DNA of 64,000 nt from a virus (Duplodnaviria; Heunggongvirae; Uroviricota; Caudoviricetes): the IMG/VR virus record IMGVR_UViG_3300042885_000900; one strand, 5' to 3'. Made by a program: the position numbers and the translations under genes. The notes under the pieces are model-generated. The model did not search any database and was not told where the DNA came from. It worked only from the letters and a program-made list of their open reading frames with translations. Every line of letters begins with the position of its first letter. Position 1 is the stretch's first letter. Positions 60,418-64,000 of this stretch are shown here, piece after piece.

Positions 60418-60454
60418 TTTTATTATTTTTAAATATTAAGGGACAAAGATATAA

Positions 60455-61318
60455 CTATTTTTTTTTATTCCAAGGGATTGACCCTTTTTTTCTCCCTGAT
60501 TTTTCTACACAGATTTCATCAATTTTATCAAATTGATGATATCTCCAAATAAAACCTCCGGAACTTTTTGACTTACCTAACGAACAATTCTCAATACCAC
60601 CTCTGTTAATATTTAATTCGTTTGATGCAACACTAATACACCCCCACTCTTTTATTAAGTAACCTTTTAGATTATATTGATACACTTTTTTTGTACTACT
60701 ATTACACCCTAATAAAAATTTTACACCTTTATTCCAAGGAATACCACCTTTTTTTCTACCTGACTTTTCATAAATTATCGGTTTAATTTCTTCACCATTA
60801 ATATTGTTTTCATATTTCCAAATAAACCCACCAGAACTTTTAGACATCCCCCTACCACAATTTTCAATACCACTTGATTTAATACCTAAATTTTTAGAAG
60901 CTGTTTTAACAGAATCGTATCTTTGTATAAATTCACCACTCAGTGTGAATTGTAATATTGGTTTTCTATTGTTCAATCTTTCGGGTAAACCAATTAATCT
61001 TAATTTATTTTTAAAATTATCGTATATTCTACTTGAAGGTGAATAACGTTTTTGATTACCATTACCATTTATTAAACACCACATAGCGTAATACATTTTA
61101 TTACAAAATGGTGTTTTTTTATAAATCTCAACTAGTAATTTGTGACAAATATAATGTTCTTTTGGTGTTAATAACACTAAATTACCTTTATTATTTAACC
61201 CACCAACACTTTTAGGTATTATATGGTGATTTTCATAAATCTGACCTTCTTTAGTTTTTTTTCTATTTTGAGAATCGGCCTTATCAATTATTTTTTCATA
61301 AATTTTAATGTAATTCAT
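60455..61318 (-). CDS. HNH homing endonuclease with NUMOD1-like repeats
   Basis: ENHHIIPKS.GG....NLVLLT..EH..CH; two QF...G..I....S...A...GGFIW repeats. Confidence 0.85.
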   Translation of the reverse strand: MNYIKIYEKIIDKADSQNRKKTKEGQIYENHHIIPKSVGGLNNKGNLVLLTPKEHYICHKLLVEIYKKTPFCNKMYYAMWCLINGNGNQKRYSPSSRIYDNFKNKLRLIGLPERLNNRKPILQFTLSGEFIQRYDSVKTASKNLGIKSSGIENCGRGMSKSSGGFIWKYENNINGEEIKPIIYEKSGRKKGGIPWNKGVKFLLGCNSSTKKVYQYNLKGYLIKEWGCISVASNELNINRGGIENCSLGKSKSSGGFIWRYHQFDKIDEICVEKSGRKKGSIPWNKKK

Positions 61319-61403
61319 AATCTTTGTTTAATTATAAATATCACAAAATATTATAATATTTTATTTTTAACCAAATAATATTACCATAACCAATAATGTT
61401 TGG

Positions 61404-61874
61404 TTATTTAATAGGTATTCGAACCCTAACACAGGTCTCAGGTTGTTTTTCATTTTTTAAGAAATTGTTAACCCAACCACAAATATTGTGGGCTCCAACA
61501 GGATTTGCTGAATGAACATAAATTAACGGGAAAATAAATTTATCATTCTTTTTTTCGTTTTTAGTCATATTAATTCTTTCCGGAAATACATAATAGAATT
61601 GATTTACTAACCACTTAGCGGCATCATAACCAGTTTTCTCATTAATATTGTTATAGTCCAAAGTGTAGTTTGGAGAAACATTATTAAAATACTCTTTCAT
61701 TGCAGAATCACCTAAATCGTGGTCCAAAGATATAATATCAATATTCTCCAACCCAATCTTATTAACTTGTACAACAAATTCATCGTAATCTCTAACTACA
61801 ATCCAATCATCACCAGTAGGAGTTCTCACATCATCAAGATATATTCTACAAGGTGGTTTCATATTATTTTCCAT
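61404..61874 (-). CDS. receiver-like domain of the cyclic-phosphate-processing type
   Basis: YLDD.R, ISLDHDLG, TGYD, VHSANPVG. Confidence 0.7.
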   Translation of the reverse strand: MENNMKPPCRIYLDDVRTPTGDDWIVVRDYDEFVVQVNKIGLENIDIISLDHDLGDSAMKEYFNNVSPNYTLDYNNINEKTGYDAAKWLVNQFYYVFPERINMTKNEKKNDKFIFPLIYVHSANPVGAHNICGWVNNFLKNEKQPETCVRVRIPIK

Positions 61875-61943
61875 ATCTAATTATTTAGATGCAAATATAA
61901 TAATTTTTATTTAATAAACGAAATATTTATAAATAAAAATAAT

Positions 61944-63434
61944 ATGAAAGGTCAAAGATTAATAATTAGAAATAATGGTATAACAAAAATTATAATAAAT
62001 TATCAAAATTTAAACGATTTCTCATTGAGGAATGGGGTAATATTAAACCCAAATCAAATTAGACACATATGGTGCGTTAAAGGAACTTTTACACACACAT
62101 TTGGTGCGTTAGAGATAATATCAAATATTGATTGGCCGCCAGTTAAATCTGTTCGTAAATCACCAACACCAACACCTACACCTACACCTACTATAACTCC
62201 AACACCGACAAACACACCTACGCCTACTATAACTCCAACGAACACACCAACACCAACACAATTACCGTTGTCGTTAAATTTAACATTTGATAATATAACA
62301 AATGCCGATATTTTAGTTGGAGATTCTACTAATGTTGCCGATTGGAACACATTCTTTGATTTACCTACCAATGGAAACCCATTTATTAATGTTGAGGTAA
62401 GTGGTAATACTGTTAATTTAATTGGTGGTAGTAATATTATTATTAAAGATAACCTGTTCAATAGTGATATTGTAGGATTGATTATTTTACAAGTTAATGA
62501 TATTGGTGGATGTGTTACCACATTAGGTTTAAGTTGTTTTTACTATCAACCTAATATGACAAGTATTTCTTTCCCTAATGTTGTTAATAATTTAAATGTT
62601 GATGAAGATTATGGACCATTTGCTTACGCATATGGATTAACTTATGCTAATTTACCTTCTTTAGTTAATGTTGGTGATTATTTATTTTATGAATGTCAAT
62701 CATTAGAATCAGCTATTTTACCTTATGACTCTATAACTGAATTTGGTATTGGAATGTTTAGTTCTTGTCTTATTACAGATGCATATGTAAATCAATTTAT
62801 TAATTTAGAAATAATTAATAATGATGCTCTTCAAAGTTGTACAGGATTAATATCCCCATCATTTTCTTCTGTGACATCTATAGGATATTATGGTATGTAT
62901 GATTGTACAAATTTAACTACAATTAATTTACCATCATTAACAACCGCAAGTAATCATTGTTTTGCATATTGTACATCACTAACAGCAATAGATTTACCAT
63001 TATTAACAACAGCAGGTGATTATTGTTTTGCATATTGTACATCACTAACAACAGTTGATTTACCACTATTAACAACAGCAGGTTATGGTTGTTTTGCATA
63101 TTGTACATCACTAACAGCAATAGATTTACCATTATTAACAACAGCAGGTGATTATTGTTTCTACGATTGTACATCACTAACAACAATAGATTTACCACTT
63201 CTAACAACTGCCGGTGAGAATTGTTTCTATAATTGTACATCATTAACAACAGTTGATTTACAAGCTTGTACTGACCTAGGCGGAACAGTTTTAAATAACA
63301 ATATGTTTTACAACATTTCAGGAGAAACAATAACACTAACAGTACCTTCTGCTTTAATGACTTGTAACAGTGGAAACCCAGATGGTGATATTCAATATTT
63401 ACAAGCTAATAATACAGTAACAATATTTTCATAA
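61944..63434 (+). CDS. BspA/LRR_5-type leucine-rich-repeat protein with (PT)n linker
   Basis: 22-aa repeats LTTAGDYCFAYCTSLTxxDLP; late motif upstream. Confidence 0.85.
   Translation: MKGQRLIIRNNGITKIIINYQNLNDFSLRNGVILNPNQIRHIWCVKGTFTHTFGALEIISNIDWPPVKSVRKSPTPTPTPTPTITPTPTNTPTPTITPTNTPTPTQLPLSLNLTFDNITNADILVGDSTNVADWNTFFDLPTNGNPFINVEVSGNTVNLIGGSNIIIKDNLFNSDIVGLIILQVNDIGGCVTTLGLSCFYYQPNMTSISFPNVVNNLNVDEDYGPFAYAYGLTYANLPSLVNVGDYLFYECQSLESAILPYDSITEFGIGMFSSCLITDAYVNQFINLEIINNDALQSCTGLISPSFSSVTSIGYYGMYDCTNLTTINLPSLTTASNHCFAYCTSLTAIDLPLLTTAGDYCFAYCTSLTTVDLPLLTTAGYGCFAYCTSLTAIDLPLLTTAGDYCFYDCTSLTTIDLPLLTTAGENCFYNCTSLTTVDLQACTDLGGTVLNNNMFYNISGETITLTVPSALMTCNSGNPDGDIQYLQANNTVTIFS
62925..63260 (+). 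repeat. 66-bp tandem repeats encoding LRR units
   Basis: About five near-identical ttaccattattaacaacagcagg...tgtacatcactaaca units. Confidence 0.8.
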
Positions 63435-63462
63435 AATAATAATATTTATAAATAAAAATAAT

Positions 63463-64000
63463 ATGAAAGGTCAAAGATTAATAATTAGAAATAATGGTAT
63501 AACAAAAATTATAATAAATTATCAAAATTTAAACGATTTCTCATTGAGGAATGGGGTAATATTAAACCCAAATCAAATTAGACACATATGGTGCGTTAAA
63601 GGAACTTTTACACACACATTTGGTGCGTTAGAGATAATATCAAATATTGATTGGCCGCCAGTTAAATCTGTTCGTAAATCACCAACACCAACACCTACAC
63701 CTACACCTACTATAACTCCAACACCGACAAACACACCTACGCCTACTATAACTCCAACGAACACACCAACACCAACACAATTACCGTTGTCGTTAAATTT
63801 AACATTTGATAATATAACAAATGCCGATATTTTAGTTGGAGATTCTACTAATGTTGCCGATTGGAATACATTTTTTGATTTACCTACCAATGGAAACCCA
63901 TTTACAAGTGTAAATATTATTGGAAATGAAGTAAGTTTATTTGGAGGTAGCGAAATTACATTGATAGATGGTTTATTTACTTATTATAATCATCTTACAA
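63463..64000 (+). CDS. paralog of the 61944 gene (3'-truncated by window)
   Basis: Same ATG context and N-terminus; diverges after 63904. Confidence 0.85.
   Translation, partial: MKGQRLIIRNNGITKIIINYQNLNDFSLRNGVILNPNQIRHIWCVKGTFTHTFGALEIISNIDWPPVKSVRKSPTPTPTPTPTITPTPTNTPTPTITPTNTPTPTQLPLSLNLTFDNITNADILVGDSTNVADWNTFFDLPTNGNPFTSVNIIGNEVSLFGGSEITLIDGLFTYYNHLT

Larger units (their letters stand above)
61922..63904 (+). repeat. ~464-bp direct repeat (61922-62385 and 63441-63904)
   Basis: Copies offset by 1519 nt; only two differences seen (62348, 62354), both synonymous. Confidence 0.9.

Noticed and set aside
62925-63260. CRISPR-like periodic repeats
   Set aside because: The 66-bp units are in-frame LRR coding repeats with no unique spacers, and no cas genes are present.
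61922-63904. Diversity-generating retroelement TR/VR pair
   Set aside because: The differences are C/T synonymous rather than adenine-specific, both copies are 5' coding regions, and no reverse transcriptase is in the window.
1-64000. Stop-codon reassignment (TAG/TGA recoding) as seen in some large phages
   Set aside because: Core genes are full-length under code 11 and a few genes end in TAG or TGA; the only in-frame stop found is the single TAA at 2808.

Overview
This AT-rich 64-kb window comes from a large T4-like (gp20/21/22/23/17-type) bacteriophage. The host is almost certainly Bacteroidota: TAnnTTTG promoters recur, genes lack Shine-Dalgarno sequences, and the window carries a Bacteroidota-type bS21 and a DUF4494-like gene. 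The standard genetic code fits. From left to right: a glycosyl-/methyltransferase, dUTPase, exonuclease and PhoH block with a gp55-like late sigma factor (1-14 kb); baseplate and structural genes (14-20 kb); peptidases and the head module of capsid, scaffold, protease, bS21, portal and terminase (21-43 kb); a ClpC-like ATPase, peptidase, tmRNA and SmpB (44-49.7 kb); a non-coding RNA island with a ~0.87-kb highly structured RNA and four aberrant tRNA-like genes, one circularly permuted (49.7-51.5 kb); lysis-type genes (52-54 kb); an RNA-repair cluster (54-62 kb); and tandemly duplicated surface-protein genes. Five free-standing homing-type endonucleases are interspersed. The strongest leads are (i) a GGT-TAA-CAA-AAC-GGT interruption behind a GC-rich stem in a glycosyltransferase gene, resembling a ribosomal bypass (hop) site, (ii) the ncRNA island with its permuted tRNA, (iii) a tmRNA with a non-canonical tag next to an N-domain-less ClpC, and (iv) a shared scaffold-like terminal peptide on several enzymes. 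All protein calls come from motif recognition only; no database searches were run.
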